Source: the human T2T-CHM13v2.0 reference genome, Homo sapiens
Reading direction: 5' to 3' (one strand)
NCBI RefSeq assembly: GCF_009914755.1
Contig: NC_060936.1
DNA: 64,000 nt
Below, piece after piece: positions 11,791 through 28,000 of the stretch. Both the position numbers and the translations under genes were made by a program. The notes below the pieces were generated by a model. The model worked only from the letters and a program-made list of their open reading frames with translations, ran no database searches and was not told the origin of the DNA. The number at the start of each line of letters is the position of its first letter. Position 1 is the stretch's first letter.

Positions 11791-13895
11791 ATCTATGTTA
11801 CAAAAACTAAAAAAAAAATCATGAACTTATCAGACATTTGCAAAATATATTTCAACACAGGAAAATATTAACAAAATTGATTATGTCATGTTGTAAAATT
11901 TCATTACCATGAAGAATAAGATAACTAAAGTAAAAAGGGAATTACTCTGAGAAATATTTACAGCAAATATAACAAACATAAATTGGTATCGATAAATTGT
12001 AGAGTCTGAATATATGGATACATTGATATGAAAATGGACAATTAATCTTGAAAGAATTTCAATTAAAAATGTTAAAGCATTCAGTTACAGTTACAAGACG
12101 CAAATTGAATACAAAAAGGAATATTAATAGAATAGAAAGGAACACAATAAAGGGTGAATAAAGCTCTCACCTCCTATGACAAATCTCTAGAAATAGGAGA
12201 AAATAAGTTTTTAAAAATCTATCTCCATTCTGAAAATAAAAAAGAAAGCAAACCTCAGTGGATCCTGAATCTAGGTTACCTCAAAAAAACAGACAGTTTA
12301 CCAAAGGAAACCAGAGCATGAAGGAACTTGTTGAGCATTCCTCTGAAAGGCAGCAGTAGCAATGCCCTATACCTGGAGGCAGGAGATACTAGGGAAAGTG
12401 GTGTCTAACAGCAATCAGCAAGGTTATTGTTCAGATTATGGGGTAGCAGAGACACCCAGGTGGGCTGAACCCTAAAATCCTGCACCGATCAATTATCACC
12501 GTGTATGTGGAAGGACGCGTCAGTTTCCAGGTAGGAAGAGTGGGTAGGTGTCCAGAAAGCTGGCTCAGCCCAGGGAAATGGAATTCTCGACTCATACAAT
12601 ATCAGCAGTCAGGCTTGTAGTTCCCAAGTGGAATACTGACACTGAGTAGCCCAAGGAGAAGACCTACAAGCAGTAACATTTGGGAACTGCCCAAGAGAAA
12701 GCAACGTTGCCACCATCTCAACCCAGAGTAAAACCCACCTGTTGACAGGTGCAGTCTCTGCACAGAGCTTCCAGTCACCAAACAAGAACACACAGCCAAG
12801 CTCAGAAGACACTGATGGATAGTGTCCAACATAAGAGTCAGAGCAGAGGGACTCAGAGGAAACCAAAATCATTCAAGGGGCAGAGGAAACCTCTTAAACA
12901 TCTATAATTAGTTTGTTTATTCATGTTCATGGCTACCACATCTGGGCTAGGATGATATAAAAAGAAAAGGCATTTAGGTAATAAGAAAGTGCTGCTGGCA
13001 ATTTAAAAAATATAACAAATGATGGATTTGGGTAAAGGAAAGCTCCAGAAAAATAGCTATACAGTAGGCCTAGAAAGCCATCAATCAGGTTCAAGTAAGA
13101 GAAAAATACAGCTCCAGATGAATGTCTCAACAGAAACAGTGTCCCAGATAGGCCAATGTGCAGCAGGGATGGAAGAGCTGCACTTTCAAAGGATTCCAGA
13201 GATGGATTCGCGACTGCTGCATGGAAGGGCTTTATGCACTCTGGGAGAAAATTTACTTGTGGACAGGCTATCAATTCCTGTAATAAACTTTTTATCTCAG
13301 ATGTGAACTACATTTAGGTAGACACTGACTATTGATTTGATTGCGATATGTCTGGACTGAGAGGTCAAGAAAGTATAAGTGTATAGGGTAGACAGCCGTG
13401 CTGTGAGGAGCACATGAAGAGAACTCAGTATATTTTTCCATAAGAAATCAATAGACAAGTTGAAATTTTAAGAACTGTAATTAAGCATGTTGTTTTCACA
13501 TGTGACAAAAAAAATCAGCTGAGGAAGTTGAAAGGTATAGATTTCTTGGAACATAACTTGGGGGAGTGGGGGGCGGTCTGAGACAGGAGATTGCTGCTTT
13601 TCAGTTTGAGCTCTGTCATACAAGTTAATTTTTCCACGTATGTGTATTATTTTGGTAAAAACAGAAATTTAATGTTTAAAATTATAAAAAAGATAAAACA
13701 ATTTATATTGACCAAGTTCACAAGACTACCAAAATAATAATAGTCAAGAAACTTTAAATACCTAACATGATAGCTTTTGAAAAATATATAGCATAAACCA
13801 ATAAAAACTACAGATAGAAATTCACAAGTCCACAATCATAATGAGTTTTCAATTTTAAAATATATTATTTAAAACACATAAAATAGAAAATTTCT

Positions 13896-14307
<412 letters not shown>

Positions 14308-14349
14308 TTAAACATATTTCAATTATGTATATAAGTGGAAATCTGTCAA

Positions 14350-16380
14350 TATTTGAAGATGTTATAATTACCTATCTAGAATATACAAAATAATCAACTG
14401 AAAAAAATATTTATTGGAACCAATAGAGTCTTAGCTTCCCTATACAGCAGGAATCATATATTAAAATAATACAATAAAACAAAAATTTCATTGTTAATAG
14501 CAACAAAGCCCCCAAACACTTTGAAATAAGCCTAAAAATAAATACAACATTTTTATGTGGACAATAAGGAATATTGAAAGATGCCTCCCCAGATAAATTT
14601 GTAGGTTCAAATGCAATCTCAACAAAAATCCCAACATTATTTTAAAGTAAAATTTGATAAGGTAATTCTAAACATCATATGAGAGGTATAAATTAGTATG
14701 TATACTGACAGTAATTTTGGACAAAAGAATAACAGAGAAAACTTAACTTACCAATGTCAAAACTGATTATAAAACTATAGTAATAAAAACACTATGGAAC
14801 TCACACAAGAATAAACCATGTATGATGAAACAGGAGAATGAGTCTAAAAATGTACCTAAGCATTTTTGGAGATTTCCTTTATGCCAAAAGTAATATTTCA
14901 AACCAATTCATAAAAATCTACTATTCCATACATTGTACTGGGTCTACTGGCTAGCCAGTAATAGAAAATAAGATAAATTCCTACCTCACATTGTCCCAAA
15001 AATTAAGCTCCAGATGGAATAATCATATACCATAAAATTAAAAGAAAATAGGAGAAAATATCTTTAAGACCTTTAGGACACAAAAGACAATGTAAACATG
15101 AGGCAATTCCTTAGCAAAATCCATAAAAAATTGTTAAACATGACTGCTTTAAAATGAAAGTCTTCTACAAACATATTTTTAAAGAGACAAGCAGCAGATT
15201 GGGATGAAAATATTTACAACATACATGACAAGGGATTAGTATCAAGGATACAAATGATAAAAATCAATAACAAATACAGCAAATAGCACAACATAACAAA
15301 ACAGTAGTATCCAGAACACAAACAATAAAAATTAATAACAAACATGCAAATATCACAATGGGTAAATGAACAACGATGTAGAACTGCCAAATCCGAGATG
15401 AGGAAATTCAAAGGGCCAATATGCATATTAAAATAAGCACGACCTCACTCGCATTCAAGTTATAACAAAACTATAGCAAACTAACAGTCTTCCACACATC
15501 TGACTGGTGCAAATTAAGGAAATTGATAATAACAAAGAAATCTGTGAGAAACAGTACACTTTTATGCTTCAAATGGGAGTATGAATTGCCACTGACAGCT
15601 TGGAAAGTGATTTTGCATTTCAAATATGCACACCTATTGACCCTGCATTTCCAGTTCTCAGCTGGTGCCTTTGATATTTGTAGGGCACCATCCATCACTT
15701 CTTTTAGGTCTTGGCTCAAATGAAAGCTCCTCATAGAAGCCTTTACTGCCACCTACTCTCTCATCTTTGTTTTCTTTCTGTATGTTTTTTTACAACATCT
15801 TTGTTGTATTCTTTTTATATTTTCTTCCTCAGATATATTTTAATATACATCTTTACTGTCTCTGTTGTATTTCTTCTATCATACAACATAATATTTTATT
15901 ACATATACATGTCTTCATTTATATTTGTCTCCTCTTACATGCCCATAAGAAGTATTATTTTGTTTACTATTAAATCCTCCAAACCAGGAAGGGTGCCTGG
16001 CACGTGGCACTAAGTAAATATCCATGAATGTCTGCTGGAGGATGCAGGAAATTAGAAACCACCTAAATGCCATCACTAATAGAATGCCAAATAAATTATG
16101 TTATATCCATATTATGATACATGGCAATTTTTTTAAATGACATAACTCTAATTTACATTGAAATGGAAATATTTCCAAGACAAATGTTATATAGAAACAT
16201 GAAGAAGTTGCAGAATTACGACTGCAGTTTGTATAGTGGATTATCATATATACATATCATAAAAGATAAAGATAGAAATTTTCTATAGTTACATATACAT
16301 ATGTGGTGCATGGGAAAATGTTGAAAGGATACACATAAAGCTGAAAAAAAATGGTTACCTCCAGGGATAGCAGTGGTATG
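14350..16380 (+). mobile_element. Degenerate ancient L1 (L1M) ORF2/3' fragments, interrupted
   Basis: A-rich plus strand with L1 ORF2-like remnants (aatgcaatctcaacaaaaatccca; attcctacctcaca; gacaagggattagtatcaagg). No intact ORF. Confidence 0.6.
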
Positions 16381-16401
16381 GAGGTAGTGGTAAGGGTCTC
16401 T

Positions 16402-17605
16402 GTGTAGAAAAAACAAATTCAAAGTGATTTTTCTGTTCTCTCACTCAACACTAATCAACACAGAAAAATTCTGTGACCTATATGTGGGTTTTTTCCCCCA
16501 CACATCAAACAAGCAATCAGTTTTACAGCAGACACCAGCTGGGGGTCCTCCACTTCAATTCCAACACTATCTACCTAGAGATAGCGTCAGACCCCACAAG
16601 ACACCCTTCAACCCCTTAGACATCAGTTGCAAGTCTGGGCCTCCAGAACTTCTGACCAGCTGGCTGCACGCTGAGGTTCCTGCAATCCCTTCTTCATGTT
16701 GGATTAATTTGCTACAGTAACTCACAAATCTCAGGCAAACGTTCACATTTACTGGTTTATTATAAAGATTACTGTTAAATTAAGTTTAGTCTAAAGCTGC
16801 CTCTTCACATATTTTAGGTTCAGCCTAAAGATTTCTCTATACACAGTGAACTGTAACTTAACAGGATGTGTAAAAAGACCATAACCTACTCTTGTACCAA
16901 TCACCAAGTTTCAGCCAAAGGTGGCCAACCGTTCCAGCTGTGTTCAAGTAAGACAAACACCAAGCTGTAACCAATCGTGCTGTTTCTGTACCTCAGTGCC
17001 ACTTTCTGCGTGTCATTTTCTTTTTTCTGTCCATAAATTCTCTCAGAAAACACAGCAGCTTGGAGTTTCTCTGAACCACTTCTGATTCTAGGGGCTGCCT
17101 GATTCATGAGTCTTTGCTCAATTAAACTCTGTTAAATTTAATTTGTCTAAAGTTTTCCTTTTAATATTACAAAGGATACAGAGGGAGAGATGCATAGGGC
17201 AATGTATGGAGGAAGGAATCTGCAACCCTCCAGGAACTTTCCCATGTTCAGCTATCCAGAAGCTCTCCAAACCCTGTCCTGTTAGGTTTTTATGGAAGCT
17301 TCATTACATAGCCATGATTGATTGAACCGCTGGCCACTGGTGATCACCTCAACCTTCAGCCCCTCTCTCCTCCCTGGAGACTGGGGGGTGGGGCTAAAAG
17401 TCTCAATCCTCTAATCATGCCTTGGTCTTTCCTGTGATCAGCTCCCAGCCTGAAGCTACCTAGGGGCTGTCAACCATGATTGCATGCTAACGATTGGCTA
17501 ATCATTAGCATACAAAATACATCACCTTGTGGACATTCTAAGGATTTTAGGGGTTGTATGTGATGAAATAGGTTGAAGATCAAATATGTATTTCACAAGG
17601 TCAAA
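16402..17605 (-). mobile_element. MER21-family LTR, split by a MER57 LTR
   Basis: The reverse complement starts tgtgaaatacatatttgatcttc...cctaaaatcc and is homologous to the plus-strand element at 51637-52730. Confidence 0.75.
16773..17166 (+). mobile_element. MER57-family solo LTR (ERV1) nested in MER21
   Basis: Begins TGTTAAATTAAGTTTAGTCTAAAGCTGCCTC (MER57 start). 4-bp TSD TTAC at 16769-16772 and 17167-17170. Confidence 0.8.
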
Positions 17606-17753
17606 GCCTTATCTGTAATGCTTTTAATTTTTTAGAAGGTGAATATATGTATGTTACTTGTGTTATTAAATATGTCCTTTTAAAAGGTTAGGGTCTTTAG
17701 TAATCCTATAAATGCAAAGTAAACCAGTTGTGATTTTCTAATTTACTATTTTC

Positions 17754-18046
17754 TTTTTTTTGAGATGGCGTCTCGCTCACTCTGTCGCCCAGACTGGAGT
17801 GCAGTGGTGCAATGTAGGTTCACTGCAACCTCCACCTCCTGGGTGCAAGTGATTCTCCTGCATCAGCCTCCCGAGTAGCTGGGACTTCAGGTGCCTGCCA
17901 CCATGCCCAGCTAATTTTGTATTTTTAGTAGAGACAGGGTTTCGCCAAGTTGGCCAGGCTGATCTCGAACTCCTGACCACAGGTGATCCACGCACCTCGG
18001 CCTCCCAAAGTACTGGGATTACAGGCATGAGCCACTGCACCCGGCC
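17754..18046 (-). mobile_element. Full-length AluS
   Basis: Antisense Alu dimer with TSD ctaa(t/c)ttactattttc on both sides. Confidence 0.93.
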
Positions 18047-18614
18047 CTAACTTACTATTTTCAACACAATGATAAGTGAGGATTATGGCGTACTTTTATT
18101 CTTTTGATTTTTTTAATATTCTTATAATGTTGTCTGTGCAGTATAAAACACATTTATAAAAAATAACTCATATAAATTTTCAAGTTAATTTATCTCCTGA
18201 CCATATTGCGTTTTAAAAGTCCACTTCTTTTACACACAATATTTGTTCTACTTTTTCTCTGTATAATAACTTTAATTTGAACACTTCCTTTATTTACTTC
18301 TTCTTCAAATGCTTCAGCAATTTTCCAATGGGTTAATTCATTTCCTCATATTATTTACTTGCTTTTCTAATATTTGGGGACCATTTTCCATGTTCATGGC
18401 TGCTTACTGTCATTTTTCTGTCTCTGAGCAGCTGTTTGTTTACCCAGCTGTTACTTCCTTTCCTTCTGTCAATGAATGTTAATTTTATGTTGATTTACAA
18501 TACTTTCCTCCTCCATACCTTCTCATTTTATGGGTGTGTTTCTTCCACAGGAAAGTACTTTGCCAGATTGCAATGAACATTCTAGGTCAAGCTATTCCAT
18601 TGATAGATAAGACA

Positions 18615-19411
18615 TGAACTGCCTTTAAAAAAAATTGTAACAGTGAGAGAAATCTAACATAAACTGACTCCATCTTGCTCTTCACCTCGCAAGCTAACTG
18701 CCCTTGCTCATGCCTGAGCACAGGTTAAGCTAACTATAGGAAGAATTTAGCTTACAGTTTAACTTTGAAGCAAGGATGATAATAGTCCCTTTCCCAAACT
18801 GATCCCTGGGGACTGACACCATCTTTGTAAGACTACAGTGGGGCCTCAATTCTGCTAAGAGGTAGGCATAGTTAAACACTAACCAGCCATTGTTCCCTAG
18901 ATTGCTTTTCCATAACTGCTCACTGCTCAGGAATCATATAACCAGAAGTCACAAGATTTGTAACTTTCTCAATTGCTCCTGTATATTCATCACTATTGTA
19001 AAACCTAAGACTGGTCTTTGAGATCATTTTCAAACTTTTGCATTCAGGTAGACCAACTCATGCCACCTGAATCCATGACCCATACCAAAGAACTGACTCG
19101 ACAGGTCCACAGGTCCTGTTACCCACCCCTGCCAGCCAGAAACTGACTCGGGACATGAAGATAGTTTCAACATCCCTATGATTTCATTCCCAACCAATCA
19201 GCCGCACCCATTCCCTAGCCCCCTGCCCACCAAATTATCCTTAAAAACCCCAGCCTCTCAGTTCTCAAGGAAGTGAATTTGAGAAATATCTCCCATCCTA
19301 CTTGCTTCACACCCCACAATGATTAAATTCTTTCTCTAATATAATACCTGATGTTTCCATGTATTTGCTTTTTCTGTGCAGCAGGCAAGAAGAATTTGTT
19401 GGGCTATAACA
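18615..19411 (+). mobile_element. LTR8-family solo LTR (ERV1)
   Basis: The start tgaactgccttt...acagtgagagaaatctaac...gactccatcttgc and the end gcagcaggcaagaagaa...gggctataaca match recalled LTR8 termini (TG...CA). Confidence 0.8.
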
Positions 19412-21342
19412 ATAATAAAATATGACTTACAAATGCAAGCTTTTAAAATACTTGCAGCATGGGGGTTCCAAACCTAGACTGGCGATGTTGCTAAGAGAGA
19501 AGAAAGTTAGGGCAGGCCTTTCAGATATGCATATATCTGAAATGAATTTTGAAGAATGAGTAAAAAGTAGCTATGCAAACGGAGTTGAAGGAGAAGAGCA
19601 CTCTTTGCTGAAAGACCAGCATGGGCAAGGGCATGTGGTAAGAGCAGGTAGTACCTGGGGAAATGCAAACAATTTAATATGGTAAAGTTGAGAGCCTTGG
19701 GAGCAGCTAGAGGTGTAGCTAGCTTGATGCACAGGACAGAAAAAAGGAAGGATCTATTCCACTCAAGGTTGAGATTTTACCTACAAGGAAAATGAAAACA
19801 CATTAGCATGTGAATAGTCCATGGTAAAATGATGTTACCACAGAGGCAGTAGGAGCTGGCTTGGGTAACTGAGTGTGGAGGGCTGATCTTTAGCTGGGAA
19901 GCAACAGTGAGGTGTACAGGGCACTGTCCAGTCTTATTTAATGTCTACACTGTGCCAGTTGTTGAATATTTATTATTTCTAGATGTGAAAGTGGTTTCAG
20001 TTTGGGGGATTGAATGGCTTGGATTTCTGGCGACTGCTTTCATTGTGATATGTAACACAATAGGAGAAAATGGTTTGAAGAGAAAGACTATTATCCAAAT
20101 TTGAACATGTTGAGCCACAGACATGAGCCAACAAGAAGAACAGTGAGCTAAAATAAAAACACTGACAAATTATCGCACTTAAATGGTGGGCAAAGGAGAC
20201 AGAGCTGCAGCAAAGAGTAGACAAAAAAGGAAGGTGACAGAAAACAGAGGAAAAAAGAGTTTCAAAAGTTTATCAACAGTGGCAAATGTTGAGGCAAGAT
20301 CAATAAAATAAAGACAGAAAGTGGTCTGTGGGGATTTTGCAATATGAGAGTCATTAAAGGTATGAGATATTTTATAGTAGAAATCAATAGTAGAAATTAC
20401 TATGAAATTGATTTCATAGTAGAAATCAGTCTAGATCATGGGTTGTCTACAAAGGCCAAGTAAATTAGGAAAATATATGAAGAGCCCAGGCAAAAGACAA
20501 GAGGGAGTAGACCTGGAAATGGATTGTTGCATGTCCCATTTAAGGATTTCAAGTTAAAAAGAAAAAAATAATGTTATAGCCAAGTGAAATAACTCTGCAG
20601 GCCGGATTTGGCTTGTTGACAACAAGTTTGATGTTAACCCTCAAAACTTATTCAAAATTCCAAAGGACATGAAATCCCAAATCCTTTTGGAGCAAATGAA
20701 ACAAAAAAAACATATACTAGATAGGGCCTCTTGTTTATTTATGACACTAGTAATAATTTGAGATAAAAATCAAAAGATCTATAATTAAATTACAGAAATA
20801 ATCAACAAATTCCATCACAAGATTCTTGCTTAATGCATGTCATGTCATTTAAGCCTTGCAGTAACTCTATGAGGAAGGCATTATCCCTTTTCTGCTGTTG
20901 AGAAAATTAAGGATCGGGGCAGTTAAGTATTCTAGCAAAATTTCATAGCAAGAATGTAGTAGACTCTGGCTTCCAACTCAGATCAGCCTGACACTTGATT
21001 CTATGCTCTGAATTATATTGTGTAGCTTTTCCCTGAGTAGAAGACATAGCCCTCCTGTCCTGTGAATTCATTCCCTGGTAGTCTGGGTTCCTTCTCACCT
21101 TCTGCAGGACCTGGTCCACATCATTCTCTTTGCCTACTCCACATCATTGGCCCCTTCCTCCATATAGACTCTTTTCCAAGTCTCCCCCAACTGAAAACTA
21201 ACATAACAAACAAAAATTTGCTCAAAAGTGCATCTTTCTCTAGGTACTTCCCAATCTGTTTCCTTCTCTCAATGACTGATTTCTTCTCTTGTGTCACCCA
21301 TACTCTCTGGAAAGCCTCATTCCACTGACCATTTCCATTTGG

Positions 21343-21660
21343 ATTCATTCACACTCCTAGCAATTATTTATTGAGTACCTATCATGTACCAGGTGCTGTT
21401 CTATGCACTGAGGGATGTAGCAATGAACAATGCTAACAAAGTCTCTGCTGTCATGGAGCTTTCATTCAAGTAAGAAGAGACAACCAGTAAACCAAAAAAT
21501 GAACAATATTTGGGAAGAGCTATGAAGAGAATAAAGTGGGATAATAAGAAAAGACAGAGTGAGAGTGTTGCTGTTTTGTTTAGGGTGACATTTTAACACA
21601 AGTTCAAAGAAAGTTAGGGAGTCAGCCCTGTGGAGATCTGTGGGAAGCATCTCAAACTCA
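21343..21660 (-). mobile_element. L2 3'-end fragment
   Basis: attcattca...tatttattgagtacctatcatgtaccaggtgctgttcta is a typical antisense L2 3' end. Confidence 0.75.
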
Positions 21661-22249
21661 CAACTTTCCTCCAATATCTATTGTGACAACCACATTCCTT
21701 GCATGAAAAGATTGCACAACCATCCATCAGTGACTCAACCAAACTAAAAACATATATTCTTCCCTTTTCTGTAACTTCTACATCCAGTTGGTCACTAAGT
21801 TCCATTTTCATAGCATCTCTTAAGTTTACCTTTCCATCTATCTATTACAGTGTTACAGGCTGAGCCACATAAAGTGGCCATTATGCAGGTCAAACACAGT
21901 TGTTTCCTCTGCCAGCAACAACAGAATCCTTTCAGCAACAACAGGATCTACTCAAGGACTCTATAGCCCTAAGGGAATGGTGGAACCAGAGATGGAATAA
22001 TTTGGGGTCCATAAATGACAGTGCAGAATAGAACCATTCCCCTTTTCTGTGCACCCTCAAATCGTGTCTGGATGAGAAAGAACGCTTTGCTGTATTACGT
22101 CATGAAAGTTTGGGGTAGTTTATCATGGCAGTTGGCCAACCCTAACTAATGCATATCCTCAGTACCACAGTTTAATTTCAGGTTACCTTCAAGCCTCCTC
22201 CTTCTTATTTTAACAGATCGGTCTCTAACGCATAATTCTCAATCCTCCC

Positions 22250-22820
22250 CAAGTAATTGTCCCAAGTCCAATTTGACCATGTCACTTCCTGTCAAGGGGG
22301 CATTCTTCAAGGGCTTCTCCTCATCTTCAGATAAAGTCTAAGCATGATATAATCCCTGCCTACACCTTCAGCCTCTTTTCTTGCCACTGCTCGTCAGCAC
22401 TCCCTACCCTTGCCCTGCCCAATTACTTGGTGTTCATCAAAAGGGTCATGCTCGCTGAAGCCTCTAAACTGTTGCACATGCTACTTGTTCTGTCTAAAGT
22501 GAATGCCCCCTTTGCCCTGCTAATTCCTACTAATCTTTCAGAACTCAACTCATGGTATCTACTATAAAAAGTTTTCCATGACCCTGAGCCTGGATTAGGT
22601 ATCTAACTTTGTGTTCTCTTATCACTTTATTTTTATCAAGGTACTTGTCATCTTGCCATGTCTTTATATCTTAATTTTTAGATCTCCTTTATGGAATTCC
22701 TTCAGAAAAGACTAATGTCCTTTATCTTGCTGTTCCCTAAGGCTAATGCTATGCCTGACATAATGCAGTATCTAATAAATATTTGTTGAACAAATAAATG
22801 CATAATGAAATGAGTGAATT
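22250..22820 (+). mobile_element. L2 3'-end fragment
   Basis: Ends tgcctgacataatgcag...aataaatatttgttgaacaaataaatg. Confidence 0.7.
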
Positions 22821-23589
22821 TCTAAGCATTTTTGTATCTTTGTCACAAAGTGCATTTAATTCTTACCAAAATATGGTATACAAAAAGCAAAATATGCTAT
22901 TTCTTTTTTAAGGAATACCAAGATAACATAAGAGATACTTTGATTGCCTTCACATTTGTCATGCAACATTTTCTATCACTGGCTTTTATGCAAGCTATTT
23001 TCCTGCCTGAAGCCAGAAAACGGGTAATTAGGAACTGAATAGCACCCTTAAATACAAATCTCTCATTAGGCACTAGTTCATTTTCTTGTAAACAGAATAT
23101 GGTAATTTCCGAGAAACATCAACCTTTCCACAAATCACACAACCATTTTTAATATCAGGAATCTTTTAGAAAAATCTCATTTTTTTTCCAGGACAAATAA
23201 AATTGTACTTGCTGTTGTTTTGACCATAGGTGTTCATCTCTTATGGTCTCTCCCTTTTGAACTTCTCAGAAGAGCAATTTATTTGTTTAAGTTTCTTTAT
23301 ATGAAATTAAGGCCATACTAAACTTTAAAAACAGATATTAATTTATTTTGAGACATAATATTAAGTGAAGTATATTCTAATCTATAGACTATCACCATTT
23401 AAGTAAAAAAATGGAGATGATGGCGTAAAGCAACACCTTATATTTTAAAAATAGACTGTATCTTGGAAAACCCATTGATTTTCATGTTCATATCTGTGTC
23501 TAATATAGATGATGGTCTCAAATGTGGTTTCAAATTTTAGAGAAGGTATTTTGAGAAGCCTGTATGTCCCGCCTTTTCCACAGGCAAAC

Positions 23590-23801
23590 TGCACAACCTT
23601 AAGCTGGTTACTTCATTGCTTTATGCCTCAATTTTCTCATTTGAAAAAAATAATAATAGCGTGTATTTCATAGGGCTGTTGTGAGGACTAGATGAGTTCA
23701 TATGTATAACACACTTAGAATAGTGCCTGGCACATAATAAGTCTTACAACTACTAGCTTTCATCATCATCATCACCACATCATCATTATCATCATCATCA
23801 T
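23590..23801 (+). mobile_element. MIR followed by a (CAT)n tract
   Basis: MIR core tgcctcaattttctcatttgaaaa...agggctgttgtgagga...agtgcctggcacata, then imperfect (CAT)n at 23761-23801. Confidence 0.8.
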
Positions 23802-24081
23802 TACTCTCCTCTTTGCAAAAGCAAGTGATGAAAATTTGAATCTTAAAAGAACCCTTCCAAAGAAATAAGCATTATCTCCAAGGACACAAGTTATAAATTA
23901 ATAGGAAACCACTTCCTAGCCTTGGTATGTCTGTGCATTTGTTTATATAGGCATTATCAGAATAATGAGATGAATGTAAATAACTGTTCATTTCTCATGT
24001 CTCATTGTTTTGTGAAATAAAATTTAAACATGTGACTGACATTCCAAACTGTCAGTGAACACTTAGAAATAACAAGAAATA

Positions 24082-25070
<989 letters not shown>

Positions 25071-28000
25071 TTATAAAATGTATCATCTTTATTTTATGAC
25101 AAAGAACTTGGCTATGCCCTCTCTATACTCTAATTTAAAACAACTGATAGAACTATTTGCATTAGCATTGAAAGCTTTAATATATTACACATTTATTATA
25201 GGTATCACATTTATTTAATTAATGATGAATTTCATTATTCAATTATTATTTTATTAAAAGTTCTTGCCAGTAACATACCACAAATGTAAATTACACTGTG
25301 TTTTAATTTTATTATATTTCTATAGTTACATGGACAGGATATCTGTATAATCTCTTTGATTATCCTTCAATTTAAAAGTTAAGAAGTAATTTGGAATTTC
25401 CCTTTGTGTCATAAACTCAAACTGAAAATCTGAGAAGGGTGTGAAGACAGGGATCCTTCTCTTGGGATGCAGCAGTGGAAGGGAGGACCAGCTGCACTTC
25501 AGAGCCAGGATAGGGTGGAGGCGAGGGCACTTGAAACCATTTCCCAGGCCTCAGACTACATCTGAAGAAGCAAGAGAGGACTTAATATTCCACTCACCTT
25601 GCCTTTGGTTAGGTGACCCGGCAGGTTGATTGTTGTCTACCACAAGCCACAAGATAATTAATTTGGGGAACCTTGTTATGGAGGATTTTTTAAAATGAAA
25701 TTATCATGAACAAATCATTTACAGGATCTTTAAAGCAGCTAGAGAGTGTATTTGCTAGTTCTGGGAAAGCAAATGGAAATTTCTCACTGGTATGTGCCTG
25801 CCATCTACACCTTGCAATGACTACGTTAGGAGGCTGCTATAAGACATCATGCCAGGGTATGCATGACCCATCTGCAATGAATTTCCATTGTATATGGTGT
25901 GATAAAAACTTGACCCACATAGAGGAATCATTATATTTAAAAAAGAACCAACTACCAGATTTGACTTTCACATGAACCTTTTTAATCCATTTTCAGTAAG
26001 ATCACTTGAGTACCAGAGTATCATAACACTCTACAAACTTCCTCCACTTCTGAAGATCAAAACAGAGTTCTAGTTTGTATGTAATCACAACATAGCCTAA
26101 AATAGTGAATGAAAAGGTTTGCATGGGAATTAAGCTCTACATAAGCCCAGCAAAATGATTCCTGCAAACCTTGGAACTTATATTTAACTAACCTCAAAAA
26201 CATATACTGAGGAACAGAACAGTCAACTCCAAGGCCTTGTTTTCAACTCACATGATGAGACACGAGCACTCAAATACTACAGTGAGTGAATAGGATAGAT
26301 TTATTTTTAAATAACAGTCAATTATGTCTTCCTCTTCACAAAAGTAAAACAGAAATATTTTATTTGTAGAGAAATTTAGAAATAAAGATAAGCACAAAGG
26401 AGTATGTTTGGCAGAGGGACAGTGTTTAATAAATGCATATTGAATAAGAGAGAGAGACAGAGAAGGAAAACAATAACCACCTAACAATTCTACCATTCAG
26501 AGTTGACCTCAATTAACATACGGATTTTTGTCTTTCATATACACACCCCTAATAGCAGAATTGAAAATTTATACACAACTCACATGTGCAAAAGTCTAAC
26601 TTTTTTCCCCCTGCAATTGCCTTCATCTTACTCTGATGTTCCCATCCTCACTGACGGCGGAAGAAAAACCCTTAAATTTGCCAATTAAAAGCAATTAAGT
26701 GTCTTTCAAAGTAAAAACAGTGTTGGGGGCAAATATTTCATTCATTTAAAACGCAAAACTCCTTCAGAGCTAATTTTTTCCTCCCAGGATCCTCACGGAA
26801 ATAGTAGATCCTTATGCTGTCTCCAGTGTGGTGAAGTTGATCTGAGCTTGTCCTTGGGACCTGGCACTGGTGGTGTCTGCATGGCTGGTATGTCTGGTTT
26901 TTCTGGACACCAAGCTGACAACCAGAACTCAAGTCTCTAACCTTCTCTGCTGTCCCAGTAATCCGTGCCTGCCTTTTCTCTGCCTTCAGCCCTTTTTGCT
27001 CCATCAGTACTTTTAGTGCTTTTCTACATATTGGCAGTGTGGAAATGTCATGATTCCCAAAATATCACATGCAGGCTATGGAGAACTGGAGGTAGCATCT
27101 CAAGTCCATCCCTGGGCATTCCCTTCAGCCATTTTTCATTCTCTCCTAGCACCAAGATGGCTCCCTCCTAGGCCACCAGTCTCCTTGGAGAAGCATGCAG
27201 TTATTTCAGACACCTACCTTGCCCACCAGCAATACCACTATCCTAACTTTCCAATTTACATCATCACCTGGAAAGAAAAAAAATGATGAGTGGAGACAGA
27301 TGGAGAAGAAAGGGAAAAAAGAGAACAGAAGAATGGGAAGCAAAAGGACAAGAGGAAGAGGAGGTAAATAAAGAGGTATTACCAAAAACAACAGCAAAGA
27401 TAAAATAGGCAATCAAAAACTTGTATGATTAAAGAGGTTGAGATGCAAAAAGAGAAAAAGAACAAAAATCATTTTCCTTCCTATCACTCATCCCATTATT
27501 TATCTGCCACAATGAATAAAGACGAAGAGAGAAATAGCAAAGTGTAGAAAATAACAAAGAAGAGGAGGTGAGAAGAAATGTCTCACTTGCTCTTTTCAAT
27601 TTCAAAGACTAAATTATACACTCATTTCATTTCACCTCCAATTCTTTAAATCATGTGCTGCAAACAGCCCCAAACAAACCACAGTAGACTGCAAAACAGT
27701 TGATTCAGAGGCTAAGTAAAAGCAGAGCCTAAGAGTTAATTATATTACAGTTGTTGAAAACAGAACATCTATTTTCATTTCACGTTGTGATTCAAGTGTT
27801 AGTGGATTAGCTTTTAAAATAAACCTTTTCCTTGCTTATACCTATATTAGATGTAGGGCAAATAGTAATTTCTTCCATTTCTAAGTGTCCTCAGTTACTG
27901 TCTGCCTAGCCTAAAAAGTATTTTGAATAACGAATTGCGTATGTTACATGTATATACAGCAGTCATTCTCCTCTCTCTCTAAAATATGGCTAATACCACC

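Noticed and set aside
12150-13320. Cluster of 76-113 aa ORFs in GC-richer sequence
   Set aside because: No recognisable domain or splice structure. Probably an old L1 5' remnant, but I cannot assign it with confidence.
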